Shown here piece by piece: positions 21,205-30,731 of a stretch of 55,167 nucleotides of DNA. Origin of the DNA: Bacteroidota bacterium. GTDB lineage: Bacteria > Bacteroidota > Bacteroidia > Bacteroidales > JAIFNL01. Position 1 is the first letter of the stretch. Each line of letters opens with the position of its first letter. Below the pieces are notes generated by a model, which saw only the letters and a list, made by a program, of their open reading frames with translations, did not search any database and was not told where the DNA came from. The position numbers were made by a program, and so were the translations under genes. The stretch is from positions 1-55,167 of the forward strand of contig JAIFNL010000003.1 in the NCBI GenBank assembly GCA_020047755.1, written 5' to 3'.

Positions 21205-21355
21205 GTTTTTTAAGAGTAAAGTGTATTTTTTTTGTCTAAAAATTTATTCTTGCATTTATTTTTTTAAACGATTTGATTGATAGAAATTTAAAAAAAAAGT
21301 GCAAAAAAAATAAAATAACTTTTGATGGTTGCTTTTTTTTAAGAAAAAAAATTGC

Positions 21356-21363
21356 TACTTTTG
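21356..21363 (+). promoter_or_regulatory. Bacteroidota -7 promoter element for dnaN
   Basis: TACTTTTG about 48 bp upstream of ATG 21411. Confidence 0.55.
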
Positions 21364-21410
21364 AAACTTCAAAATATAGAAAAAATAACAAAACTTTAAA
21401 TATAAAATTT

Positions 21411-22541
21411 ATGAAATTTGTAGTATCTAGCACAGAGTTAGTCTCTCATTTACAAGCTATTTCTAGAGTTATTAACCCTAAAAATACCTTGCCTATTCTT
21501 GATAATTTTTTGTTCGATTTGCAGGACAATGAGCTTACAATTACTGCCTCAGATCTTGATTCGACCTTGATTACTTCTTTAATTATCGACAACTCGCAAG
21601 GTGGAGGAAAAATAGCAATTGAAGCAAAACGTTTGACTGACATTTTGAAAGAATTTCCTGAGCAACCGCTTACTTTTGATATTAACATGGAAAACATGGC
21701 GGTAGATATTCTTTCTGAAAACGGAAAATTTAGTGTTGTAGGGCAAGATGGTGATGATTTTCCACGCTTGTCTGAGTTAAAAGAAGAATTAGCTCATACT
21801 GTGCTTATTGGTGCTTCAGTTTTGCTTAGAGGCATAAATAAATCGGTATTTGCAACTGCCGATGATGAACTTCGTCCGGTTATGAATGGTGTTTTTTTCC
21901 AAACTACACCCGAACATACTTCTTTTGTGGCTTCAGATTCACATAAATTAGTGCGTTACAGACGTTACGACATAAAATCGAACGACGAGGCTTCTTTCAT
22001 TTTGCCAAAAAAACCAGCTTTGTTGCTTAAAAATATTTTGGCTAAAGAAAGTGACGATGTGAAAATTCAATTTGATGGAAAAAATGCTTTCTTTGAATTG
22101 ACTAATTACAAATTAGTTTGTCGCTTAATTGAAGGTCAATATCCTGCTTATGAGACTGTTATTCCGACAAGCAGCCCAAATAAAATGATTGTAGATAGAT
22201 TAGATTTCTACAATTCGTTGAAACGTGTTTCGGTTTTTTCTAACCAAGCAAGCAATTTGATTAAACTTAAAATGGACGGAAATCAATTATTGGTTTCTGC
22301 TCAAGATATTGATTTCTCTATTTCGGCTTACGAACGCATCAATTGCGAATACAATACCGATGAAATGGAAATTGGCTTCAAATCTTCATTTTTAATTCAA
22401 ATTGTAGATAACTTGCCTGCTTCAGATATTGCGCTCGAAATGGCAGATCCTTCACGCGCTACTTTGTTGTTGCCTGTTGATAAAGAAGATGATAATGAGG
22501 ATATTATGATGCTTCTAATGCCTATGATGATTCACGGCTAG
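21411..22541 (+). CDS. dnaN: DNA polymerase III subunit beta (sliding clamp)
   Basis: MKFVVSS start, TLPILDNFL, RPVMNGV, ASDSHKL, RLIEGQYP and C-terminal LLMPM. Start reassigned from 21273 to ATG 21411. Confidence 0.97.
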   Translation: MKFVVSSTELVSHLQAISRVINPKNTLPILDNFLFDLQDNELTITASDLDSTLITSLIIDNSQGGGKIAIEAKRLTDILKEFPEQPLTFDINMENMAVDILSENGKFSVVGQDGDDFPRLSELKEELAHTVLIGASVLLRGINKSVFATADDELRPVMNGVFFQTTPEHTSFVASDSHKLVRYRRYDIKSNDEASFILPKKPALLLKNILAKESDDVKIQFDGKNAFFELTNYKLVCRLIEGQYPAYETVIPTSSPNKMIVDRLDFYNSLKRVSVFSNQASNLIKLKMDGNQLLVSAQDIDFSISAYERINCEYNTDEMEIGFKSSFLIQIVDNLPASDIALEMADPSRATLLLPVDKEDDNEDIMMLLMPMMIHG

Positions 22542-22593
22542 GCTTTGTAAATTCTAAAATTGTTTTCTAGGTTGAATATAATTTTCAAAAAAT

Positions 22594-22628
22594 AACAAGA
22601 AGCAAGCCAGAAGCTTGCTTTTTGTTTT
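22594..22628 (+). terminator. Terminator-like hairpin between dnaN and the exonuclease gene
   Basis: AAGCAAGC / GCTTGCTT stem followed by TTTGTTTT. Confidence 0.6.
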
Positions 22629-22650
22629 ATTTAAAATTGAGTAGTTTTGT

Positions 22651-23433
22651 ATGGAATTAAAATTAAAAAAACCGATTGTTTTTTTTGATATTGAAGCAAC
22701 GGGTTTAGATGTTGTGAATGATAGGATTGTTGAAATTTCTATTCTGAAAATTCACCCAAATGGTAAAGAAGAAAATCAAACTTTTAGAATCAATCCTGAG
22801 CGACCAATAAGCAAAGAAGCTCTTGATATTCATGGTATTAGCGATGATGATGTAAAAGATAATCCTAAATTTGCCGATATTGCGAAAGAATTACTTAACT
22901 ACTTTCAGGGCAGCGATATAGCTGGTTACAATAGCATTAAGTTTGATGTGCCTATGCTTGCTGAAGAGTTTTTGCGTGCCGATATTGATTTTGATATTAA
23001 GAAAAGTAAACTTATTGATTCTCAGGTTATTTTCTTTAAAATGGAGCAGCGAACTTTGAGCGCTGCTTACAAATTTTATTGCGGAAAAGACCTCGACAAT
23101 GCGCATGGTGCTGAAGCTGACACGTATGCAACTTACGAAGTGTTGAAAGGGCAACTTGAAAAATACAGCGAATTAAAAAATGATATTACCGAGCTTGCAA
23201 AAATTTCGGAGCAAAATCAGAATGCCGATTTTGCCGGAAGAATTATTTACAACGAAAAAGGCGCGGAATGTATTAATTTTGGGAAACATAAAGGGACGCC
23301 TGTTGCTGAAGTACTTAGCAAAGAACCTGGTTTTTATAACTGGATGATGCATGGAGATTTTCCGAGATATACTAAAAAGGTAATGACAATGATAAAATTG
23401 CGCGAAGCTTTTGCGAATATTAAGATTAAGTAA
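22651..23433 (+). CDS. dnaQ: DEDDh 3'-5' exonuclease (DNA polymerase III epsilon-like)
   Basis: FFDIEATG (ExoI), GYNSIKFD (ExoII), AHGAEADT (ExoIII), C-terminal NFGKHKG; adjacent to dnaN. Confidence 0.88.
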   Translation: MELKLKKPIVFFDIEATGLDVVNDRIVEISILKIHPNGKEENQTFRINPERPISKEALDIHGISDDDVKDNPKFADIAKELLNYFQGSDIAGYNSIKFDVPMLAEEFLRADIDFDIKKSKLIDSQVIFFKMEQRTLSAAYKFYCGKDLDNAHGAEADTYATYEVLKGQLEKYSELKNDITELAKISEQNQNADFAGRIIYNEKGAECINFGKHKGTPVAEVLSKEPGFYNWMMHGDFPRYTKKVMTMIKLREAFANIKIK

Positions 23434-23448
23434 GCATTTTTCAATGTG

Positions 23449-23500
23449 AAAACTCTATTTTGCTTAAAAAAGAATATTTTTTTTGCAAAATAGAGTTTTT
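23449..23500. terminator. Bidirectional terminator between convergent genes
   Basis: AAAACTCTATTTTGC / GCAAAATAGAGTTTT 15-bp perfect inverted repeat. Confidence 0.7.
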
Positions 23501-23517
23501 ACTTGTTCAAAAATTGC

Positions 23518-24471
23518 TTAATTTACTTTATATTTCATTTTTTCGCCAGCAAAGTAATCCAAAACGTTTTGAGCCGCCATTTGAGCCAGCTCATCGCGTG
23601 TTTCGTGCGTTCCTGTGGCTGTGTGAGGCGTCATTACTACATTATCTAGCAAAAAAAGTTCTTTGCTTATTTCGGGTTCAAACTCGAAAACATCAAGCCC
23701 TGCACCAGCTATTTCTTTGTTTTTCAAGGCATTTACCAAGTCTGCTTCATTTACAACCGCACCTCGAGCTGTGTTGATAAGATATGCGGTATTTTTCATT
23801 TCTGAAAATACTTTTGAATTTATAATATGTTTTGTTTCAGGCGTTAAAGGGCAATTGAGCGACAAAACATCTGCGTTTTTTATCAATTCGTCGAATGAAA
23901 CATAACTTACAGAATACTGGGTTTCTTCTTGTGCTGAGAGCTTTTTCCGGTTGTGGTAAATGATTTTCATACCTGAGGCTAAAGCTCTACGTGCTAATGC
24001 TTTACCAATATTTCCCATTCCCAAGATGCCAAGTGTTTTGCCATAAAGCGAGTAGCCCAAATTTTTCATCAATCCCCACTCAAAGTCTTTATTTTCACGT
24101 AGTTTTCGACTACATTCATCTATTCGGCGCATAACCGAAAGCATCAATCCATAAGCCATATCGGCAGTAGGTTCGGTAACAACATCGGGCGTATTGGTTA
24201 CTACAATGTTTCTTTCGGCTGCAAATTTTACATCTATATTATTGAATCCGACGCCATAATTGCTAATTATTTTAAGTTTTTTGGCATTTTCAATGACTTT
24301 GTTGTCCAGTTTTTGCAGAAAAACAGAAATAATGGCATCTACATCTTTTGCAAATTCTATTAATTCTTCTTCCGAAAAAAATTCTTTATTTTCAGGATAG
24401 ATTACTTCAAATTTTTTGAAAATTTCAGACAAACCCGCCTTGGGAAGTTGGTAGCTTACAAGTAATTTCAT
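23518..24471 (-). CDS. D-isomer-specific 2-hydroxyacid dehydrogenase (glyoxylate/hydroxypyruvate reductase-like)
   Basis: GVGFNNID, GILGMGNIG, INTARGAVV, GLDVFEFEP and TPH motifs. Confidence 0.93.
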   Translation of the reverse strand: MKLLVSYQLPKAGLSEIFKKFEVIYPENKEFFSEEELIEFAKDVDAIISVFLQKLDNKVIENAKKLKIISNYGVGFNNIDVKFAAERNIVVTNTPDVVTEPTADMAYGLMLSVMRRIDECSRKLRENKDFEWGLMKNLGYSLYGKTLGILGMGNIGKALARRALASGMKIIYHNRKKLSAQEETQYSVSYVSFDELIKNADVLSLNCPLTPETKHIINSKVFSEMKNTAYLINTARGAVVNEADLVNALKNKEIAGAGLDVFEFEPEISKELFLLDNVVMTPHTATGTHETRDELAQMAAQNVLDYFAGEKMKYKVN

Positions 24472-24516
24472 TACTATAAATTATTGTTGTTAAGATATTT
24501 GAATATATAAAAAACG

Positions 24517-25326
24517 CTATTTTTTCCAGGCTTTTAGTTTTGCACTTAGTTTATCTCTGGCTATTTCTATTTCTTCCACGCTTACTTCAAGTTGAGGGTA
24601 TTGAAAATCCATTTCCTCTAAAGTGTCGTGTAATATTTTGGCTACTAAATAGTTACGATACCATTTTTGGTCAGACGGAATAATATGCCAAGGTCTTTCT
24701 GGGCTACATTTTTCAAAAATTTCAGAGAAATATTCTCTGTATTTGGGCCAATACTTTGCAGTTTCTAGGTCTTCTTGCCTAAATTTCCAATATTTTGTAG
24801 GGTCATTTAAGCGTTCCAAAAACCGTTCGCTTTGTTCTTCTTCAGAAATATGCAAATAGAATTTTAGAATTTTTGTGCCGTTATCTTCTAAAATTTGCTC
24901 AAACGTATTTATGTAATTGTATCTTTTATAAGCAGTTGTACTGTCTATATGCCCTAAAACTCGAGTAACCAATACGTCTTCGTAGTGTGAGCGATTGAAT
25001 ATTTGCACCATGCCTTTTGCGGGCGTGTGCTGGTGAATTCTCCACAAAAAATCGTGCGACAATTCCTCTTCGGTTGGTTTTTTGAACGATTTTACGGTTA
25101 CTCCTTGTGGATTTAACAAGCCAAACACGTTTCGTACTGTGCCGTCTTTTCCACCTGCGTCAAGTGCTTGTAAAACAACTAATAAGCTTTGTTTACCTTC
25201 GGCAAATAAATTTTCTTGCAAAACGGCAATTTTTTTTAAGAGTTGCTCTGTTTCAAGAACTATTTTTTTCTTTGAAAGCTCTTCTGGTGCTTTCGTTGAA
25301 ATTTTTAAAAGGTCTATTTTTTCCAT
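24517..25326 (-). CDS. ppk2: Polyphosphate kinase 2 family (class III-like polyphosphate:nucleotide phosphotransferase)
   Basis: QALDAGGKDG Walker A, HDFLWR, FNRSHYEDVL and KWYRN motifs. Confidence 0.92.
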   Translation of the reverse strand: MEKIDLLKISTKAPEELSKKKIVLETEQLLKKIAVLQENLFAEGKQSLLVVLQALDAGGKDGTVRNVFGLLNPQGVTVKSFKKPTEEELSHDFLWRIHQHTPAKGMVQIFNRSHYEDVLVTRVLGHIDSTTAYKRYNYINTFEQILEDNGTKILKFYLHISEEEQSERFLERLNDPTKYWKFRQEDLETAKYWPKYREYFSEIFEKCSPERPWHIIPSDQKWYRNYLVAKILHDTLEEMDFQYPQLEVSVEEIEIARDKLSAKLKAWKK

Positions 25327-25423
25327 TTTCTATGGTTTTGAAAGATAAATAGTTTGCGTTGTTTCTTTGAAAAGAAAAATTTCATAGTAAAAAGATTTTC
25401 TAAAAAATATATATTTTTAGAAA

Positions 25424-26242
25424 TTATTCTATTGTCTCTAATAATTTTTTAATAATAATTGTCATTTTGGGTTCTACTTTTCCTGCTACATTTTGCACTT
25501 CGTCATGAGTGGTTTCTCCATCTGGTTTTGCAGGTGCGCTTCCATTGGTAATCACCGACATACCAAAAATTTTGATGCCCATGTGGTGTGCCACAATCGC
25601 CTCAGGAACGGTGGACATACCAGTGGCATCAGCCCCAAATTTTCTGAAAAGGTTATATTCGGCAGGTGTTTCCAAAGTCGGACCTGTGCTTCCAATATAA
25701 ATTCCTTTTCTGAGCTTAATTCCTTCTTTTTTTGCTATTTTTTTTGCCAATTTAATTAAATCTTTGCAATAAACTTTGCTCATATCGGGGAAACGTGGTC
25801 CGAGCTGGTCATAATTTTTACCAATAAGTGGGTTTATTGGAAAATGGTTGATGTGGTCTTTGATGAGCATAATATCGCCGGTTGCATATTTGGGATTTAA
25901 GCCACCTGCTGCATTAGATACGATTAAGGTTTTGATGCCTAAAAATTTCATAACTCTCACAGGATAAGTTACTTTATCCATTCCGTAGCCTTCGTAAAAA
26001 TGAAATCTGCCTTGCATTGCAGCTACTTTTTTCCCTCCAAAAGTACCTAATATTAAATTACCACTGTGCCCTTCAACCGTTGATACTGGGAAATTTGGAA
26101 TTTCTGAATAAGGAATTATTGTGGCATTTTCTATTTTTGTGGCTAAACCGCCCAACCCACTTCCTAAAATAATACCAACTTCTGGTTTGTAATCTATTTT
26201 TTCTAATATAAAATTAGCAGTTATTTCAAAATTTTTTGTCAT
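25424..26242 (-). CDS. punA: Purine-nucleoside phosphorylase (trimeric PNP family)
   Basis: GIILGSGLG, STVEGHSG, QGRFHFYEG, NAAGG and GMSTVPE motifs. Confidence 0.93.
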   Translation of the reverse strand: MTKNFEITANFILEKIDYKPEVGIILGSGLGGLATKIENATIIPYSEIPNFPVSTVEGHSGNLILGTFGGKKVAAMQGRFHFYEGYGMDKVTYPVRVMKFLGIKTLIVSNAAGGLNPKYATGDIMLIKDHINHFPINPLIGKNYDQLGPRFPDMSKVYCKDLIKLAKKIAKKEGIKLRKGIYIGSTGPTLETPAEYNLFRKFGADATGMSTVPEAIVAHHMGIKIFGMSVITNGSAPAKPDGETTHDEVQNVAGKVEPKMTIIIKKLLETIE

Positions 26243-26571
26243 TTTACTTTATATTTGTAGTGTTGTTTTTTTATAGAACGTCTAAATATTACTTTTTGCT
26301 GCTTGTTTTTTACACTAAAATTCTCACTAACATTTGTAAATTGTGGTTTTAGAATAAAAATTCAGATTGAAAATTTTAATTTTTAGAAGTTCATATTAAT
26401 TACAATGTCAAAAATACAATTTTTTTTTGTTTTTTAAAATAAAAATTCAATTAAATGCGTATTTTTTTGTTTGCTTTCGTATTTTTGTACATTATTCTAT
26501 TTTTTTAAAATTCAGCAAACGAAATTTGCTTTAAAGCTTTATTTTTAGAATCTTTTTTTTAGGCTAAAATC

Positions 26572-29433
26572 ATGAACGACATATCCATACTGCAAAATAT
26601 TGAGCGCATTTTAGGTTTTTCAATCCCTAAACTTTCTGAAAATGAGTTAAATACATATATTATTCCTTCCTATTATTCAAACGAGTTGGATAGAATAATC
26701 TCTTTAAATCTTTCTGATATTGATGCAAAAGTTTTTGATTTTTTGCTCAAAGATTTGATTTATCTCGAAAAATTGACTATTGTAAGTGCAAAATTAACTG
26801 ATATTCAGTTTTTAGAATTTTTGCCTAATTTGATTTACTTGAATTTAACCGATAATAATATTCAGAGTTTAGCTTCTATTTCAAACTGTAAGTTGTTGAA
26901 TACTCTTATTTTAGCTGAAAATAAAATTTCGGATATTTTGCCTTTAAAAAAATTAACTAGCTTGGTGCACCTTGATTTGCATACCAATAAAATTTTTGAT
27001 ATTTCGCCCATTTCTGAGTTAAAATACATGTCTATTTTAGATTTACGCGAAAATGAAATAACGGACGTTAGTGCTGTGGCTAAAATGCATAATTTAACAA
27101 ATTTGAACTTATATAATAATGATATTGAATCAATTAACCCAGTTTCTAATTTATTAAATCTTACTCATTTTTCTGCCGGACTTAATCATATTCGAGATAT
27201 TTCAGCATTAGCAGTCAGTTTAAATTTGCAATATTTAAATTTGCGCGACAATAAAATTTCAGATATTTCATTTTTAAAAAAATTGGTAAATTTAAAAAAA
27301 CTGAATTTGTGGGACAACAATATTAAAAACGTAGATGATTTAGCGAATTTAACACAGTTAACTTATCTTAATCTTTCTGAAAACCAAATACATAACATCG
27401 ATTCGCTTTCTTTTCTAGTAGAGTTGAAAATACTGAGTTTAGAAAAAAATGAAATAGTAGATATCTCGAAGCTCAAAGAATTGAAAAAATTGGAAAAGCT
27501 TGATGTTCGTTACAATCGAATAAAGAAATTAACATTTTCTTTAGCTGAAAACTTACCTGACATTGTTTCGTTAGATACTTGGGATTATGAAGGTATAAAT
27601 CTATATAACAATCCATTGGAGTTTCCACCTATCGAAATTGTTAAACAAAAAAAACAGGCAGTTTTGAACTTTTTTTCGGAGCTTCACCAAGCCAAAGAAA
27701 CTGATTGCTTAAACGAGGTTAAGTTGATTTTGATAGGAGAGGATAGAGCTGGAAAATCCTCATTAGCAGATGCTTTGAGCAACCTAAATTATAAATTTCA
27801 CGACAAACCAACCACGCAAGGCATAAATATTATTAAATGGATTCTGCCAACTCACGAATTTGCGAATTATACTTCTATTAAAGCACTGAGAGAGAACCCT
27901 TTCAGAGTTAATATTTGGGATTTTGGTGGACAAGAAATTTATCATGCTACACATCAATTTTTTTTGACAAGGCATTCTGTATATTTACTTGTAATTGAAG
28001 CTCGTAGAGATATTCAGCATGTCGATTTTTTTTATTGGCTCAATATTATTAAAGTGCTTAGCAGCAACAGTCCTGTGGTTATTGTCCTGAATAAGATTGA
28101 CTTACCTACAAAAAGTTTACCGATAGCTAATTATCAAGAAAAATTCCCTAATGTATTGAAATACAAAGAAGTAAGTTGCTTAGACGATTACAATTATACT
28201 ATAAATTCATTGCGTGAGGAAATAAAAAAAATAGTTTTCACTAAAAATTTATTACCAGAAATAGGGATTTCTTTACCTAAGGTTTGGGTGGAAATTCGCC
28301 ATAGACTTGATAAATTGAAACAAGAAGGAAATAATTATATTGATTTGAATTTGTATTTCGAAATTTGTGCCGATTATGGAATGCCACAAGAGCGTGCCTT
28401 ATTTCTTTCTGGCTATTTCCATCAAATTGGCGTTTTCCTTCATTTTCAAGAAGATGTGCATCTTAACGATACCATTTTTTTGAATCATGAGTGGGTTACT
28501 TCTGGCGTTTATGCTGTTTTAGATGATGTGCAAACCATAAAAAATAGAGGGAAATTTACAAATTCGGATTTGATAAGGATTTGGAATTCAAATGGTTATC
28601 AAGACAAACGTAGCGAATTGCTTTCGCTTATGCACAACGAGCGTTTTAGTATTTGTTTTGAATTATCCGAAGGTGTTTTTTTAGTTCCTCAGCTTTTGAG
28701 CGAAGAACCTATTGATTATGAATGGAATAACAGTGACCAAAATTTGCAATTTGAATTTAGATATGATTTTATGCCCAAAGGTATTCTTACCCAGTTTATT
28801 GCAAAAAGTCAGACCGAAATTGTAGGCGAAAACTATTGGAGATTTGGTGTATTATTAGAATATGAGAATACACGTGCTATTGTTATAGAATATTATTTTG
28901 AAAAAAAGATTAAAATTAAGTTAGCAGGTGAAAATGGAAAAGATTTTTTAGGAATTATTCGTAAAAATTTGAAGGAAATAAATCGTAATTTTTATGATTT
29001 ACAAGTTATCGAAATGATTCCTTGCAATTGCAAACATTGTATATCTTCTGAAACGCCTCATTTTTATAACTATACAAAATTGAAAGAGCGTTTGAAGCGA
29101 GGAAAAGCTACAATAGAATGTTATAATAGTTATGAAAATGTGAATATTTATACATTGCTTTATGATGTTGGAACGCAAAGTGCTCAGATAGATGATATTG
29201 TTTTTTTAATTTCGAAAAATGAATTGGATAAAGCCATTGAACTACTGCTAATTGCTGCTAAAAATGATGATGAAAGTACTTACAATCAGGTTATTATGGT
29301 TTCAGCTAAGTTCAATTCTCTTAAAAACCAAATGATAGAAGGAACGCTTTCTCAAGAAGAAATTGATTTGCAAAAATCGCAAATCCGAAAATCTTTACTT
29401 ACAATAATTAATCAATATCGTGTTGAAATTTAA
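26572..29433 (+). CDS. Roco protein: LRR-Roc(GTPase)-COR with C-terminal EAD11-like helical domain
   Basis: About eleven 22-aa LxxLxLxxNxIxDI repeats; P-loop GEDRAGKSS, switch TQGI, WDFGGQE..H.TH.FFLT, G4 NKID; COR-type F.Y.FMP.GI and CNC..C; about 80-aa helical tail. Confidence 0.9.
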   Translation: MNDISILQNIERILGFSIPKLSENELNTYIIPSYYSNELDRIISLNLSDIDAKVFDFLLKDLIYLEKLTIVSAKLTDIQFLEFLPNLIYLNLTDNNIQSLASISNCKLLNTLILAENKISDILPLKKLTSLVHLDLHTNKIFDISPISELKYMSILDLRENEITDVSAVAKMHNLTNLNLYNNDIESINPVSNLLNLTHFSAGLNHIRDISALAVSLNLQYLNLRDNKISDISFLKKLVNLKKLNLWDNNIKNVDDLANLTQLTYLNLSENQIHNIDSLSFLVELKILSLEKNEIVDISKLKELKKLEKLDVRYNRIKKLTFSLAENLPDIVSLDTWDYEGINLYNNPLEFPPIEIVKQKKQAVLNFFSELHQAKETDCLNEVKLILIGEDRAGKSSLADALSNLNYKFHDKPTTQGINIIKWILPTHEFANYTSIKALRENPFRVNIWDFGGQEIYHATHQFFLTRHSVYLLVIEARRDIQHVDFFYWLNIIKVLSSNSPVVIVLNKIDLPTKSLPIANYQEKFPNVLKYKEVSCLDDYNYTINSLREEIKKIVFTKNLLPEIGISLPKVWVEIRHRLDKLKQEGNNYIDLNLYFEICADYGMPQERALFLSGYFHQIGVFLHFQEDVHLNDTIFLNHEWVTSGVYAVLDDVQTIKNRGKFTNSDLIRIWNSNGYQDKRSELLSLMHNERFSICFELSEGVFLVPQLLSEEPIDYEWNNSDQNLQFEFRYDFMPKGILTQFIAKSQTEIVGENYWRFGVLLEYENTRAIVIEYYFEKKIKIKLAGENGKDFLGIIRKNLKEINRNFYDLQVIEMIPCNCKHCISSETPHFYNYTKLKERLKRGKATIECYNSYENVNIYTLLYDVGTQSAQIDDIVFLISKNELDKAIELLLIAAKNDDESTYNQVIMVSAKFNSLKNQMIEGTLSQEEIDLQKSQIRKSLLTIINQYRVEI

Positions 29434-29439
29434 GCTATT

Positions 29440-30729
29440 ATGAAAAAAAAATTTTCGGAGCGCATAGCAATTATGCTGCTTTTTATTTCATTTTCAATGA
29501 GTTTGAAGGCTCAATTGTTTACCAACAGAAATTTGCTTTTTGAGGATAAAATTTATGCGCAAAATATAAAAACTCTTCAGGCATCGCGGGCAGATTGGGA
29601 CATGGCATACCCAATTATTAAATTAAATTCAGATGAAAAAATTAAAATTTCCTTTGATTTGTTGGGCGAAAATTTTGTTGATTTTTCTTACACCCTCATT
29701 CATTGCGATGCAAACTGGAATCCTTCCGATTTGCTTTTTAGTGAATATTGTTCTGGTTTTGAGGTAAATACTTTGAATGAATTTTATTTTTCGATTAATA
29801 CTTTTGCAAAATATATTCACTATCAAGTGCAAATGCCTAATGATGATGTAAGCCCTTTAATTTCTGGCAATTATCTTTTTGTCGTTTTTGAACAAGATAA
29901 TCCCGAACGTTTAATTTTGAGCAAGCGCCTTTATTTTGTCGATTCTAAAGTAGAAATTTCGACAACTATTAAGCGTTCGGTAACAAATAATTTACAAATT
30001 GCAGGGCAAAGAATTGATTTTAACCTTTTTAAAACTGATGCTTCGGTTGCTTCTGAAAATATTCAAGTTGCTGTTTTTCAGAATGGTAGAAATGATAATT
30101 CAAAAAAACACTTGCAACCCAAATTTTTATCGGGCAACGAGCTTATTTTTCAAGATGAGTTGGCAAATGTGTTTGATGCTGGAAATGAATTTAGACATCT
30201 CGATATGAAAAGTGAGCGATTTCAACCAATGGGCGTCGAACAAATTTATTATGAGAAGCCATACTACCACTTCAAACTTGATACTGATTTTGCCAGAAAT
30301 GCTGGTAAATACCAGACAAAACGAGATTTGAATGGCGAATTTTTCATTAAACGAGAGGAAAGCGATGAAAGTTATAGAAATGCCGATTATTTTTATGCTC
30401 ATTTTCGGCTTAATACGCCAAATGAATTGCTAGGAGGCGATGTTTTTATTGTTGGAGCTTTTTCTAATTGGAATTTACTGCCCGAAAATCGAATGTTTTA
30501 CAATCTCGAGGCGAAAAATTACGAAGCTACTCTTTTTCTCAAGCAGGGATATTACAATTATGCGTATGTTTTTAAAAATACAAAAACAAGAGCGTGGGAT
30601 TTTAATTTTTTTGAAGGAAATTTTTCAGAAACTGAAAATAAATATTTGATTTTTGTTTATGATGTAAATCCTTTAAATAATTATCATCAATTAATTGGTT
30701 ACAAGGTTTTTACTAATTATCAAGATTGA
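29440..30729 (+). CDS. DUF5103 / type IX secretion system plug-domain protein
   Basis: Signal peptide; HCDANW, ISGNYL, GNEFRHLD, LKQGYYNY and EGNFSETEN.Y motifs. Confidence 0.82.
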   Translation: MKKKFSERIAIMLLFISFSMSLKAQLFTNRNLLFEDKIYAQNIKTLQASRADWDMAYPIIKLNSDEKIKISFDLLGENFVDFSYTLIHCDANWNPSDLLFSEYCSGFEVNTLNEFYFSINTFAKYIHYQVQMPNDDVSPLISGNYLFVVFEQDNPERLILSKRLYFVDSKVEISTTIKRSVTNNLQIAGQRIDFNLFKTDASVASENIQVAVFQNGRNDNSKKHLQPKFLSGNELIFQDELANVFDAGNEFRHLDMKSERFQPMGVEQIYYEKPYYHFKLDTDFARNAGKYQTKRDLNGEFFIKREESDESYRNADYFYAHFRLNTPNELLGGDVFIVGAFSNWNLLPENRMFYNLEAKNYEATLFLKQGYYNYAYVFKNTKTRAWDFNFFEGNFSETENKYLIFVYDVNPLNNYHQLIGYKVFTNYQD

Positions 30730-30731
30730 GT

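Noticed and set aside
21273-21410. 46-aa N-terminal extension of DnaN from the ORF track
   Set aside because: It is low-complexity Lys-rich sequence containing the promoter box; the conserved protein starts at ATG 21411.
26690-27620. 66-bp periodicity as a CRISPR or DNA repeat array
   Set aside because: It is explained by 22-aa LRR coding repeats, which are degenerate at DNA level; no cas genes are present.
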